This document shows positions 9,203 through 19,218 of a stretch of DNA of 50,985 bases, in pieces; position 1 is the stretch's first letter; the number at the start of each line of letters is the position of its first letter. The stretch spans positions 1 through 50,985 of the forward strand of contig JAHFQA010000003.1 of the NCBI GenBank assembly GCA_023266475.1. Reading direction: 5' to 3'. The notes under the pieces are model-generated. The model saw only the letters and a list, made by a program, of their open reading frames with translations. It was not told the DNA's origin and ran no database searches. The translations under genes were made by a program, and so were the position numbers. Origin of the DNA: Candidatus Woesearchaeota archaeon. Its GTDB lineage: Archaea > Nanobdellota > Nanobdellia > Woesearchaeales > GW2011-AR4.

Positions 9203-10981
9203 TTATTTCTTCATTCCGCAAGCTCGTATAAATCCATAGAATATTGGCGATGGGTTCCCCAGCCTGCTTTTAAATTCCGGATGGGATTGTGTTCCTATAA
9301 AAAATCGGTGCTCTGGCAACTCGATATATTCCATCAGCTTGGTTTTGTCGCCTCTTATATAATAACCTGAGAAAACCAATCCATTCTTTTCCAACAAGGC
9401 AATATAACTTGGATTAACTTCATACCTATGCCTGTGCCTTTCCAAAACAATTTTGTTCCCTTTGGTAAGAATTCCAATTCTAAAAGCATGTCTTTTATCT
9501 TTAATCAATTCCTGCAGCCTTTTAGTATCCTCTAAAAGCCTTCCAGTTTCTTCATATAATTTCAAGACCTGCGTTTTGTCTTTCATAACTGATGCATAAA
9601 CTCCAAGGCGCATTGTGCCGCCGTACATGCTCTTTTCTAGAATTTCCCTTTGCGCGGGCTGGACATCAATGACAGGAGCGCTGGTTTTTGGATTAACTTC
9701 TGTTGTATTTGCATCTTTCAAGCCGCAAACATTCCTTGCAAACTCAATGATTGCCAACTGCAAGCCATAGCATAATCCTAAATATGGAATTTTATTTATT
9801 CTTGCAAAATTAATGGCTTTTATCTTGCCTTCTACACCAGACGAGCCAAAACCGCCTGGGACAATAATGCCATCATAATCTCTCAAGACATTCAATGATT
9901 CACTAAAAAATCTATGGGATTTTTTGTGCCCAGAAAATCTTTGATTTTCTTGGGTTTTGTCACCTTCAAATATCTTTGAGTCAAGCCAATTAATTTCAAC
10001 GCCCATATTCAGCGAAGCGCCTGCATGCAGCAATGATTGATTAATTGATAAGTAAGAATCTGCCAGTGCATAATCACCAATGTCAATATACTTCCCCACA
10101 ATCGCAACCTTGACATTTTTTTTCGGCTTCAGGATGTTATCAACAAGATTTTTCCACCCAGCCCAGTTTGGCTGTTTTTTTGACTTCATTCCAAACTCTT
10201 TGAGAATCTTTTCGCCAAGCTTTTCCTTTTCCAAATCCAAAGGAATTTGGTAAACGGTCTCTATGTCCGGCTCTGAAATAACATGCTCTGAAATAATATT
10301 TGCATAAGTTTCAATTTTCTTTTTTCTCACAACATCTAATGGCTTTTTCGCCCTGCAGATTATAAAATCCGGAAAAATTCCTGACTCGCTTAATAATCTA
10401 ATTGCCTGCTGAGTTGGCTTTGTTTTCATCTCCTCAATGTGGCTTGGAATTGGCAAGTAAGTGACAAGAACATAACTTAGGTTTTGCTTGCCAACTTCTC
10501 TTTCAAGGCTTTTCAATGCAAACAAAAAGGGAATATTTTCATAATCGCCTATTGTGCCACCTACTTCAACCAAAACAAAATCATAGCTGTTGCTTGCATC
10601 TTTTATTCTCTTTTTTATCTCGTCAGGAATATGTGGAATAAACTGGACTGTCTGACCCAAATACTCCCCTTGCCTTTCTTTGTCAATAACTGTCTTGTAA
10701 ATCTGGCCCGTGGTGATATTATTTCTTTTTGGTATGTCTAAATTTAGAAATCTTTCGTAAGTTCCCAAATCCTGGTCAATTTCACCACCGTCATCTGTTA
10801 CCCAGACTTCACCATGCTCTGTCGGTCTTAGAGTGCCGGCATCATAATTAAGGTAAGGGTCAATTTTTATTGCAGTTACATTGTAGCCATGTTCCTGAAG
10901 GATTTTGCCGATTGAAGCTGTTGTCACTCCTTTGCCAACTCCACTCATTACTCCACCAGCAACGACAATGTATTTAGGCAT
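9203..10981 (-). CDS. pyrG: CTP synthase
   Basis: Synthetase N-domain (IVVAGGVMSGVGKG) and class-I GATase (GLCYGLQ, ERHRHRYEVN). 592 aa, longer than I would expect for this family. Confidence 0.95.
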   Translation of the reverse strand: MPKYIVVAGGVMSGVGKGVTTASIGKILQEHGYNVTAIKIDPYLNYDAGTLRPTEHGEVWVTDDGGEIDQDLGTYERFLNLDIPKRNNITTGQIYKTVIDKERQGEYLGQTVQFIPHIPDEIKKRIKDASNSYDFVLVEVGGTIGDYENIPFLFALKSLEREVGKQNLSYVLVTYLPIPSHIEEMKTKPTQQAIRLLSESGIFPDFIICRAKKPLDVVRKKKIETYANIISEHVISEPDIETVYQIPLDLEKEKLGEKILKEFGMKSKKQPNWAGWKNLVDNILKPKKNVKVAIVGKYIDIGDYALADSYLSINQSLLHAGASLNMGVEINWLDSKIFEGDKTQENQRFSGHKKSHRFFSESLNVLRDYDGIIVPGGFGSSGVEGKIKAINFARINKIPYLGLCYGLQLAIIEFARNVCGLKDANTTEVNPKTSAPVIDVQPAQREILEKSMYGGTMRLGVYASVMKDKTQVLKLYEETGRLLEDTKRLQELIKDKRHAFRIGILTKGNKIVLERHRHRYEVNPSYIALLEKNGLVFSGYYIRGDKTKLMEYIELPEHRFFIGTQSHPEFKSRLGNPSPIFYGFIRACGMKK

Positions 10982-11218
10982 TTTTCAAGCCACCATTTGA
11001 TAAATTAAAATTAGATAGCTTAAATATAGAAAATTTTAAATTAGGGAATATGATGCTTAAGAATGAAGAATTATTTTTATTAAATTTTATTGAGTGCATT
11101 AATTGGACATGAAACAAGTTTTATTTATAGTTTATGGTTTGATGAATAAATTAGAATTGATTGCTATATTGAAAATAATATAGTAAAAGTTTATATTAAT
11201 GCAATTTCTTCCACTTTC

Positions 11219-11665
11219 ATGAAAACCGACTTGGTTGTTGCTGGATACATCTTCAATAAAAACAAAGTATTGCTGATTCACCACAGAAAGCTTGACTTGT
11301 GGCTGCCTGTCGGCGGGCATATTGACAAAGATGAAACTCCAAACGAAGCGCTCTTTCGCGAAATAAAAGAAGAAGTTGGAATTGATGTTGAGATTTTAAA
11401 TAAAAGTGATATTCCAGCTGTTGGAAATGTAAAGCAAAATCTAGCTGCCCCATTTCATGTAAACATTCATTCTGTAGGCGACCATGAGCATTGCTGCTTT
11501 TTTTATTTGTGTAAAGCATTAAACGCTGAGAAACTAAAGATAAATGGCGAGCTTAAATATTTTGACTGGTTTTCCAAAAAAGATTTAAGTAAAAATTATG
11601 TTCCAGTTGATGTTGGGAATATTGGTTTTAAAGCATTTGAATTATTTCAAAAACTAAAACAATAA
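11219..11665 (+). CDS. NUDIX hydrolase
   Basis: Complete Nudix box GGHIDKDETPNEALFREIKEEVGI. Confidence 0.88.
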   Translation: MKTDLVVAGYIFNKNKVLLIHHRKLDLWLPVGGHIDKDETPNEALFREIKEEVGIDVEILNKSDIPAVGNVKQNLAAPFHVNIHSVGDHEHCCFFYLCKALNAEKLKINGELKYFDWFSKKDLSKNYVPVDVGNIGFKAFELFQKLKQ

Positions 11666-11697
11666 TGTTTATATGTTTTGCTATATTCTAATATTTC

Positions 11698-12030
11698 ATG
11701 GACTTAACTCAAAAGAAATGCGCACCTTGCGAGGCTGGAACTCCTCCGCTGGAAGAATCAAAAATAAATGAGCTTCTTAAAGAGATTCATGCATGGAAGC
11801 TGAAAGACAGGCATCTATACAAGAAATTAAAATTCAAGGACTTTGTTGACGCGATAAAGTTCGTAAATTCTCTTGCGGAAATTGCGGAATCTGAAGGGCA
11901 TCACCCAGATTTTTCTGTTCATTACAACATAGTTGAAGTAGAAATCTGGACTCATGCAATAAATGGCTTGTCAGAAAACGACTTTATTTTAGCTTCTAGA
12001 ATTGATGCATTAATCAAAAAAATTAATTAA
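11698..12030 (+). CDS. Pterin-4a-carbinolamine dehydratase (PCD/DCoH)
   Basis: 110 aa with C.PC N-terminus and the EGHHPD catalytic motif. Confidence 0.88.
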   Translation: MDLTQKKCAPCEAGTPPLEESKINELLKEIHAWKLKDRHLYKKLKFKDFVDAIKFVNSLAEIAESEGHHPDFSVHYNIVEVEIWTHAINGLSENDFILASRIDALIKKIN

Positions 12031-12597
12031 TCCAATGAAAAATTTATATCCGTCAAATCCAGGAATTGGGAGCATGTTGAAAATAAACAAGAACATGTTT
12101 ATTCTGCTTGTCAAGACCAAAAGCAAGTAGTATTTTTTTGTGAAATACTTTTTCTTCAGCAAAAACCAGGCTCCAATCCATAAAAAAATATTTACTAATG
12201 GCCCTGCAAGCGCAGTCAAGGCATACTGCAATTGTGTGCCTTTGCCAGCAATACTGACATATCCAGGTATAAAAAACATAAATCCAAAGCCTGTTAATTT
12301 TGAAATAATCGTGAAAATACCTAAAATCAAGGTAAATGAACTCCTATAAAATGCATAGAATACTGCATTCAACCCAAAACCAATTGCAACAAACTTGTGG
12401 GCAAGCTCATGTAAAATGATTGCGGGCGCTGTTGCCATAACCGCAAATTTCAGCGCCTCAAAATCAAACCTACTTTTATAATGAAGCAGCGGGTCATAAT
12501 TTTCCCTTCTTACTGGAATCATGTCGGAGAAAATGTAGCCTACAAAAAAAGTCATTAACACAAGGTCGATTAATTCTCCCAAAGTTATAATTGGCAT
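12010..12597 (-). CDS. Site-2 protease family (peptidase M50) membrane metalloprotease
   Basis: HELAHKF zinc motif in a TM helix plus the distal NMLPIPGFDGYK motif. Confidence 0.8.
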   Translation of the reverse strand: MPIITLGELIDLVLMTFFVGYIFSDMIPVRRENYDPLLHYKSRFDFEALKFAVMATAPAIILHELAHKFVAIGFGLNAVFYAFYRSSFTLILGIFTIISKLTGFGFMFFIPGYVSIAGKGTQLQYALTALAGPLVNIFLWIGAWFLLKKKYFTKKYYLLLVLTSRINMFLFIFNMLPIPGFDGYKFFIGLINFFD

Positions 12598-12707
12598 TTT
12601 AGTTAATTTTTTATTATTTTTAATGCCATTTTTTATTTATTATTAAACTTATTGTTTCAATGCTATTATACAAAACATTAATATACTAAAATTTATTCTA
12701 AACAATT

Positions 12708-13064
12708 ATGACACATTTGGTTGCATGCCTTTCATCTGGAGATAAGAGCTGGGCTCACGTTGCAAGGCTGATTAAAGAGTATAACTGGCAAAAGATATTT
12801 CTCATCACAAACGAATTTGGAAAAATGAATTTCAAAGCAGAGAAAGACGTTGAATTTGTTGTTGTTGATTTCCAGAGTCCTGTTGGTGAATTGATTAATA
12901 ACATTAAAAAATTGCTTAGTGGAAAAATAACTGATTTGGAAGTTGCATTAAATATTGTTTCAGGCTCCGGAAAAGAACATATGGCAATTCTTTCTGCATT
13001 GCTTAAGATGGGTGTTGGAGTAAGGCTGATTGCTGTTACAAAGGATGGCATAAAGGAATTGTAG
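12708..13064 (+). CDS. Hypothetical 118-aa alpha/beta protein (possible stand-alone CARF/Csa3-N-like Rossmann domain)
   Basis: Clean ORF in its own gap with an alternating beta/alpha pattern and a NIVSGSGKEHMAIL loop-helix. Coding call is good; the functional call is weak. Confidence 0.55.
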   Translation: MTHLVACLSSGDKSWAHVARLIKEYNWQKIFLITNEFGKMNFKAEKDVEFVVVDFQSPVGELINNIKKLLSGKITDLEVALNIVSGSGKEHMAILSALLKMGVGVRLIAVTKDGIKEL

Positions 13065-13736
13065 CTATCTTTTTTTCTTGTTTTCCCTAATAATATTTAT
13101 GAAATCAGAAACTTCTTTTCCTACATTCTCAGAGTTTAATACCGCTGATATTGCAGCAGCTGAATCTGCCCCTGAGATTATAACATCAGCAACATTTTGC
13201 TTGGTTATGCCTCCGATTGCTACAATAGGTATATTTGTTTTTTTTCTCACCTCCCCTATCATTTGCGTTCCGCACGGCAAGCCTGCATTTATTTTTGTTG
13301 AGGTCACAAAAATCGGACTCAATCCGATGTAATCTGCTCCTGCTTTTTCAGCTACAATTGCCTCGTGCTCGTTATGAACAGTTATTCCTATTATTTTTTC
13401 CCTGCCAAGAAGCTCTCTTGCAAATTTATATTGCATGTCTTCATGGCCTATGTGCACTCCGTCTGCGCCAACTGCAAGCGCAACATCAACTTGGTCATTA
13501 ATGAGAAAGAGTGCATCCTTACAAAGCATCCTGATTTTTAGGGCCTCATCAATTAATGCCTGTGAATTTTTGTTTTTTTCCCTATACTGGATTATTTTGC
13601 AGCCTGCATCTATGGCATTATTTACATCACTTAGAATTCCGTTCCTGCTAAGACTGGAGTCAGTTATAAAATAAAAATCAATATCTTTAAGATTATCTTT
13701 CTTCAATTTTAGCTCTCTGCTTGAGTTTTTGCCCAT
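13065..13736 (-). CDS. thiE: Thiamine-phosphate synthase
   Basis: ThiE motifs ([38 protein letters not shown]). The track ORF extends to 13823 inside thiM. Likely start is an internal ATG (13736) or the TTG at 13706. Confidence 0.85.
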   Translation of the reverse strand: MGKNSSRELKLKKDNLKDIDFYFITDSSLSRNGILSDVNNAIDAGCKIIQYREKNKNSQALIDEALKIRMLCKDALFLINDQVDVALAVGADGVHIGHEDMQYKFARELLGREKIIGITVHNEHEAIVAEKAGADYIGLSPIFVTSTKINAGLPCGTQMIGEVRKKTNIPIVAIGGITKQNVADVIISGADSAAAISAVLNSENVGKEVSDFINIIRENKKKR

Positions 13737-14481
13737 CGAGGTTGTAAGCTTCATCATAGAAATTTTCCTTGAAGGTGCCTGGACCATTTGACTTGGATGC
13801 TGCAAGCTCACCTGCAATGCCAAAAGCGCTTAAAGCACATGCTGCAGCCTTGGCGTAATCTTTCTCAACTCCGGCAAACGCGCCTATTATAGAGGCAGCC
13901 ATGCAGCCAGTTCCAACTATGCATCCCATCATTGCATGGCCGTTGTTGACAAGGTAAACTTTTTTTCCGTCAGTGACGATGTCCTGCTTGCCTGTAATCA
14001 CAACAACCGATTTGTATCGATTAGCCAATTTTACTGCAATTTCAACAAGTGATCCATCAACTTTAGTTGACTCAACACCTTTTGTCACAACATTTTCTCC
14101 AGCAAGTTTAGCAATTTCTGATGCATTTCCCTTTATTATGTCAATTTTAATTTTATCAAGAAGCTCAAATGCTTTGTCATCCCTTAGTTTAGTGGCGCCA
14201 ACACCGACAGCATCCAAAACAACTGGAATTCCTTTTTTATTTGCGCTTTTTCCAGCCAAAATCATTGCTTCAATGAGTTCAGAAGTCAGAGTTCCTATGT
14301 TTAAAACCAGAGAAGATGCAACTGCAGCCATTTCAGCAGCTTCCTCTTTTGCATGAGCCATAACTGGCAATGCACCAAATGCACGAGTCATGTTAGCGCA
14401 ATCATAAATAGTCACCCAGTTAGTGATGTGATGGACTAATGGCTTGTTTTGCCTTACTCTATTGAAAATCTCTGAGATCAT
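13693..14481 (-). CDS. thiM: Hydroxyethylthiazole kinase
   Basis: ThiM-like sequence ([32 protein letters not shown]). Adjacent to thiE. Confidence 0.9.
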   Translation of the reverse strand: MISEIFNRVRQNKPLVHHITNWVTIYDCANMTRAFGALPVMAHAKEEAAEMAAVASSLVLNIGTLTSELIEAMILAGKSANKKGIPVVLDAVGVGATKLRDDKAFELLDKIKIDIIKGNASEIAKLAGENVVTKGVESTKVDGSLVEIAVKLANRYKSVVVITGKQDIVTDGKKVYLVNNGHAMMGCIVGTGCMAASIIGAFAGVEKDYAKAAACALSAFGIAGELAASKSNGPGTFKENFYDEAYNLDGQKLKQRAKIEER

Positions 14482-14541
14482 TGCAACACCCCACTTTTAT
14501 ATAAATGGATATTCAGTTTGCTTTTAAATTTTGTTAAACTG

Positions 14542-15129
14542 TCATTTAACGCTCATATAAACCCAATAGCCAGATTTTTTTGCAACAACTTTGGCATTCC
14601 CGAAAACTTCCTCGATTTTCTTACTTAATATTTTTCCGCCTTTATTGTGCCTTGCAACTAATTGTAAAGTTCCATTATTTTTTAAATAATTTTTAGATTG
14701 CTCTATTAACTTAAAACAAATTTCTTTGCCAGCAGTTTGCGGAGGATTTACTAAAATCGCATCAAATTCATTTTGTCTTATTTTTTCATACAAATTTCCC
14801 TGATAAACCTCAGCATTCACATTGTTTAATTCAATATTCTTTTTAGCCAACATAACTGCGCGTTCATTTACATCACTCAAAACAACATTTGAACTGAACA
14901 ATTTTGCAGCCACAATTCCAAGAACCCCTATACCGCACCCAATATCAAGAACATTGGAATGCTCGTCAAGAAACATATTTTCCGCCAATATTAAAGTGCC
15001 TTTGTCAATTTTATTTTTTGAAAATACTCCTGATGATGTGCAGAACTCAAAATGTATGCCATTTATTTTTTGCTTTATTTTTTTTATCTTTAATTGCGAT
15101 TTCTGCTGTTCAGAATAGTAATGTTCCAT
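14542..15129 (-). CDS. Class I SAM-dependent methyltransferase (MTS/RsmC-like small domain)
   Basis: VLDIGCGIGVLG SAM motif and ILVNPP motif; 195 aa. Confidence 0.8.
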   Translation of the reverse strand: MEHYYSEQQKSQLKIKKIKQKINGIHFEFCTSSGVFSKNKIDKGTLILAENMFLDEHSNVLDIGCGIGVLGIVAAKLFSSNVVLSDVNERAVMLAKKNIELNNVNAEVYQGNLYEKIRQNEFDAILVNPPQTAGKEICFKLIEQSKNYLKNNGTLQLVARHNKGGKILSKKIEEVFGNAKVVAKKSGYWVYMSVK

Positions 15130-15954
15130 TTACGCTTCTTCCTGCCCCATAATATTGTATAAGTTATAAAGAATCCTATCAACGCCTTTTACGAGGTCAA
15201 TTCCATTTCCCTCTACTACAATGCAATTATTTTTGTAGTACACCCTAAACTTTTCAGCCTCTTTGATATAGAGAACAAGCTTATCCGTATCATCACATGT
15301 TGTAATTGGCTTTTTTTTACAAACATCAGTTTCATTTCTGTCGCATGCTGGAATTGGTATTTTCTCAAACACCTTTGACATGTGGACATCAAAGTCTGCA
15401 ACTGCAAGCCCGACATATTGCAGTGATCTTCCTGTTGGGTTGAAGGTTACATAAAACTCAGTCTGGTTGTTAAAAAATTCACCGTCAAGAGCTCCTTCGA
15501 TAACTATCTCTTTTAAATCCCTTGGAGAATACCGCAATGCCAGATTGTAGACTTTTGTCCCTTTTGGCGACGATAATTGAGTATACCACACATTATCCAG
15601 AATTATAAAGCTGTATATCCCCTTGTACAGATAACCCTGCGAGGGATTTAATTTGCCCTTCAAATTCAAAATATGCAATTCTTCTATGGTTTTGGGCTTT
15701 TGCTTGTAAAAATAGCTAAAGGCTAAAATTGCAGCCAGAAGCAAAAAAATAATTGTAATTGTTATCAACAAAACAACTTCGGAAGATTTTGTTGGCTCTT
15801 CATTAACATCAGCTCGATTTATTTCTTTTATCTTTTTGTCAAATCCCTTCACATCTGATTCTAACTTTTTCTTTTCCTTCTCAAATTGCTCTTTATCAAT
15901 TATTCCTGATTCAAGGCTTCCCTTCAAAATTTCAAGCTTTTTTCTAGAGTCCAT
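15130..15954 (-). CDS. Single-pass membrane protein, coiled-coil N-terminus, Cys-containing C-terminal domain
   Basis: 274 aa with one TM (VVLLITITIIFLLLAAILAF). C-terminal domain is paralogous to the next gene. Confidence 0.6.
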   Translation of the reverse strand: MDSRKKLEILKGSLESGIIDKEQFEKEKKKLESDVKGFDKKIKEINRADVNEEPTKSSEVVLLITITIIFLLLAAILAFSYFYKQKPKTIEELHILNLKGKLNPSQGYLYKGIYSFIILDNVWYTQLSSPKGTKVYNLALRYSPRDLKEIVIEGALDGEFFNNQTEFYVTFNPTGRSLQYVGLAVADFDVHMSKVFEKIPIPACDRNETDVCKKKPITTCDDTDKLVLYIKEAEKFRVYYKNNCIVVEGNGIDLVKGVDRILYNLYNIMGQEEA

Positions 15955-16532
15955 TATTTCAAAACTCCAAATATGATATATAATAACCTATCCTTTACCT
16001 TAATAAAATCTGCACTGCTTGATGCCTCAGCTGTTATACAGTCGCCTTCCAAACCAATGCTTGTTGAATTTGAATACCTAAAATAAACTACCGGCACATT
16101 CAGAGTTGAGTCGTCGCATATTATTACAGGCAATTCAAATGTGCTATTGGCTGTGAATCCCTGCCTGACATAAATTCCATAATTTGCAAGTGTCAATGAC
16201 ATTTGGTGCTCTGCAAGGGCAATTGATTGGGAATTGCTGCTGTTTGAATCATAGGTTATGTCTATTTCCGGCTTATCCTGCAATCTTTTTGACAAATCTC
16301 CTGATACAGGCACATTTTCGACATCAGCGGGCAAAAAGCTGAAAGCAGCTGTCCTGCCGTTAATTTTTGCCTCCCATCTGTCAGGAAATTTAACAAAAAC
16401 AATTCCGTTATATTTCACCTTCTCTTCAACGCCGGAAAATCCAAAAAATACAAAACTGAATGATGTTCCAATCATAATTATTACAATAAATAATATCAGC
16501 CACCATCTCTTTTTTTCCTTCTTTTCTTTCAT
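15954..16532 (-). CDS. Single-pass membrane protein, paralogue of 15130..15954
   Basis: Track ORF runs to 16607. The ATG at 16532 (MKEKKEKKRWW + TM) is the more plausible start. Shared C-terminal CDD..V.Y....C...E....DR.LY pattern. Confidence 0.55.
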   Translation of the reverse strand: MKEKKEKKRWWLILFIVIIMIGTSFSFVFFGFSGVEEKVKYNGIVFVKFPDRWEAKINGRTAAFSFLPADVENVPVSGDLSKRLQDKPEIDITYDSNSSNSQSIALAEHQMSLTLANYGIYVRQGFTANSTFELPVIICDDSTLNVPVVYFRYSNSTSIGLEGDCITAEASSSADFIKVKDRLLYIIFGVLK

Positions 16533-16632
16533 TTGAATTGCGAATAACAGACCATATTTAAAGGTTTTTCTTAGGCATTTTAAAGTGACATCAGGGCATG
16601 GAAACATTTAAATATTAATATATCGTAACCGC

Positions 16633-16650
16633 TATATCGTTATCGATATA
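16633..16650. promoter_or_regulatory. Palindrome TATATCG-TTAT-CGATATA upstream of the PadR gene (candidate operator/TATA region)
   Basis: 7-bp perfect inverted arms, plus a third direct copy of TATATCG at 16619..16625. 24 nt upstream of the ATG at 16674, in a divergent intergenic region. Confidence 0.35.
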
Positions 16651-16673
16651 TAATCTAATTGGATGATGGCAAA

Positions 16674-17171
16674 ATGATGGCTGGCTATTTGAGATTAATT
16701 GTAATGAAGACTTTGTCAAACAGAAAGCTGACAGGCTATGACTTAATTAAGCAGATTGAAAAAGACACAGGCACATGGAAGCCAAGCTTCGGCTCTATTT
16801 ACCCGCTTCTTGAAAAATTGCTGAAGGAAAGGCTTGTAAAAGTTGAAGTTAACGGAAGAAGGAAGATTTACTTTTTAACTGCAGAGGGCAAAAATCATCT
16901 TGAAGTGATTGACAAGAGCAAAAATAAGCTGATTGACAGCTTAATTGCCACATGGAACACTTTCGGAAAAATAACAGACAGGAGGGAAATAAATTTTATG
17001 CTTGAAATATTCAACAGCTTAAGGAAAGGCCAAATGCCATTTAAGGAGCTTAATCCCGAACTTAACAAATTCAGGGCAACGATATTCGAGCTTTATTCAA
17101 CTGGAAAGGACAGGAAAAAAATGAAATCCGTTTTAATGAGCACTGTTAAAAAACTTAGAGCGATAAGATGA
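16674..17171 (+). CDS. PadR family transcriptional regulator
   Basis: PadR wHTH (LTGYDLIKQIEKDTGTWKPSFGSIYPLLEKLLKERLV). Track start at 16659 is TTG; first ATG is 16674. Confidence 0.85.
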   Translation: MMAGYLRLIVMKTLSNRKLTGYDLIKQIEKDTGTWKPSFGSIYPLLEKLLKERLVKVEVNGRRKIYFLTAEGKNHLEVIDKSKNKLIDSLIATWNTFGKITDRREINFMLEIFNSLRKGQMPFKELNPELNKFRATIFELYSTGKDRKKMKSVLMSTVKKLRAIR

Positions 17172-17863
17172 ACAAATCCATAATTAAACTGGAGAATGTC
17201 TGGAAAGTATACAAGATGGGAGACACTGACGTGAAGGCGCTGCAGGGGCTTGGCCTTGACATAAAAGAAGGCGAGTTCGTCGCAATAATGGGCCCTTCAG
17301 GAAGCGGGAAATCTACTGCAGTCAACATGATAGGGTGCCTTGATGTTCCGACAAAGGGAAAAATATTCCTTGACGGGCACGACATATCAAAGCTGAGCGA
17401 GTCAGAACTGGCCCAAATAAGGGGAAGAAAAATTGGGTTTATATTCCAGCAGTTTAACTTAATCCCTACAATGACAGCATTGGAAAACGTCATGCTTCCA
17501 ATGATTTTTCAAGGTGTAGACGAAAATAAACGAATAGCAAGGGCAATTCAATTATTGGAATTAGTAGATTTAGGGGAAAGAATTAATCACAAGCCAACAG
17601 AACTAAGCGGAGGCCAGCAGCAAAGAGTGGCAATTGCAAGGGCTCTTGCAAATAATCCTGAAGTCATTATTGCGGACGAGCCAACTGGAAATCTGGACAG
17701 CAAAACCGGAACAAATGTTCTAGAGTTTCTCGAAAAACTTCACAGAAAAGAAGGTAAAACAATAGTTATGGTAACCCATGACGCTAATCTTTCAAAGATT
17801 GCAGAACGCACAGAATTTTTGAAAGATGGCAGAATTGTAAAATCGTTAAGCAACCACAGGTGA
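17168..17863 (+). CDS. ABC transporter ATP-binding protein (MacB/LolD type)
   Basis: Walker A GPSGSGKST, signature LSGGQQQRVAIARAL, Walker B IIADEPTGNLD. 4-nt overlap with the PadR gene. Confidence 0.92.
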   Translation: MNKSIIKLENVWKVYKMGDTDVKALQGLGLDIKEGEFVAIMGPSGSGKSTAVNMIGCLDVPTKGKIFLDGHDISKLSESELAQIRGRKIGFIFQQFNLIPTMTALENVMLPMIFQGVDENKRIARAIQLLELVDLGERINHKPTELSGGQQQRVAIARALANNPEVIIADEPTGNLDSKTGTNVLEFLEKLHRKEGKTIVMVTHDANLSKIAERTEFLKDGRIVKSLSNHR

Positions 17864-19116
17864 GGAAAATGAAAAGTAGAATATTGTTTATATTGTTTAT
17901 ATTCGGAGTCATATTTACAGCCAGCGTATCTGCACAGATTGACACTGCATACTTGGGTAGGTCTCCGGCTATTATTGTAGGCATGATAAGGCAGGAGCCA
18001 GACCCTGTTGAGCCTGGAAATCAGGTTGAAGTAAGCTTCAAGCTGGACAATAATGGAACTACTGCTGAAAATGTCATATTTGAAATTGTCCCAGAGTATC
18101 CATTCTCGCTATTGCCGGATCAGTATTCATCCAAAACAATCGGAGTTTTAGGCTCGTCGCAATACGGAAAACAGAGCGTCATTCTAAAATACAAGCTTAA
18201 AGTTGCACAGGACGCCTCTGATGAAAGTCATCAGATTAAGGTAAGATACAAGAACAGCGATTTAAATTCCTGGGTTACAATTGATACATTTAAAATCAAG
18301 GTGCAGACGCATGATGTAATTTTGGGAATTGAAAGAGTTTCGACATTTCCTGCTGTAACAGCCTCAGGTAGCAAAACAAAACTTACAATAGAATTGAAAA
18401 ATTATGCGACATCCATCATCAAGGACATAAAATTATTGCTTAATTTGGACAAAAACGGAGATGATACAATGCCATTTGCCCCGATTGGCTCAAGCAATGA
18501 AAAAGTAATCCCTTACATTGAGCCACAGGCTATTTTACCGGTTGATTTTGACCTTCTTGTTGATGCAGATGCATCATCAAAATCATATAAAATTCCATTG
18601 GTTTTGAAGTATTCAGATTCTTTGAATAAGAATTACTCAAAAACAAATTTGATAACTGTTGTTGTAGGCGATTCTCCTGACCTGGGCGTAACTCTGGAGA
18701 GAACTGAAATTTTTACTTCAGGCAGCACAGGAAGTGTTGTATTAAGGCTTGTCAATAAGGGAACCCCTGATATAAAATTCCTTAACGTGAAGGTCTTGCC
18801 TAATGAAAATGTAAAGGTTATAGGGGCAGATGAAGTTTACGTTGGTAAGCTTGACAGCGACGACTTTTCAACAGCAGAGTTCAAACTTAATGTTAAAGGT
18901 GGAGATAGCGTGAATATTCCAGTCCAGGTTGATTATAAGGACACAAACAACAACAATTACAAGGAAAACAAGGAGGTCGAGCTAAAATTGTACAGCAGCA
19001 GCGAAGCAAAGAACTTTGGTGTAAAGAAAAACAGCAATTGGACTTGGATTGTCGTGATAGTATTCATAGCTGGAGCAGGCTATTACTTTTACAGGAAAAG
19101 AAAATACAAAAAATAA
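17860..19116 (+). CDS. Secreted/anchored beta-rich surface protein (COG1361 / CARDB-like S-layer-domain protein)
   Basis: N-terminal signal-like helix, repeated beta-rich modules, C-terminal TM plus basic tail (WIVVIVFIAGAGYYFYRKRKYKK). Start is GTG at 17860 or ATG at 17869. Confidence 0.65.
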   Translation: MRKMKSRILFILFIFGVIFTASVSAQIDTAYLGRSPAIIVGMIRQEPDPVEPGNQVEVSFKLDNNGTTAENVIFEIVPEYPFSLLPDQYSSKTIGVLGSSQYGKQSVILKYKLKVAQDASDESHQIKVRYKNSDLNSWVTIDTFKIKVQTHDVILGIERVSTFPAVTASGSKTKLTIELKNYATSIIKDIKLLLNLDKNGDDTMPFAPIGSSNEKVIPYIEPQAILPVDFDLLVDADASSKSYKIPLVLKYSDSLNKNYSKTNLITVVVGDSPDLGVTLERTEIFTSGSTGSVVLRLVNKGTPDIKFLNVKVLPNENVKVIGADEVYVGKLDSDDFSTAEFKLNVKGGDSVNIPVQVDYKDTNNNNYKENKEVELKLYSSSEAKNFGVKKNSNWTWIVVIVFIAGAGYYFYRKRKYKK

Positions 19117-19218
19117 TTTTTTATTGTATATTTTTATTCATTTATTAAAAGTTTATTAATGTTCGATACTTAATGAACTTAGCCTTTTGAATTTATTTTA
19201 ATTTATCTTTGCACTAAA

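Noticed and set aside
9203-10981. CTP synthase seems longer than I would expect, with extra segments in the GATase half (for example KDKTQVLKLYEETGRLLEDTKRLQELIKDKRHAFRIGIL).
   Set aside because: Lineage-specific loop insertions are common. Catalytic motifs are intact and there is no sign of an intein or a mobile insertion.
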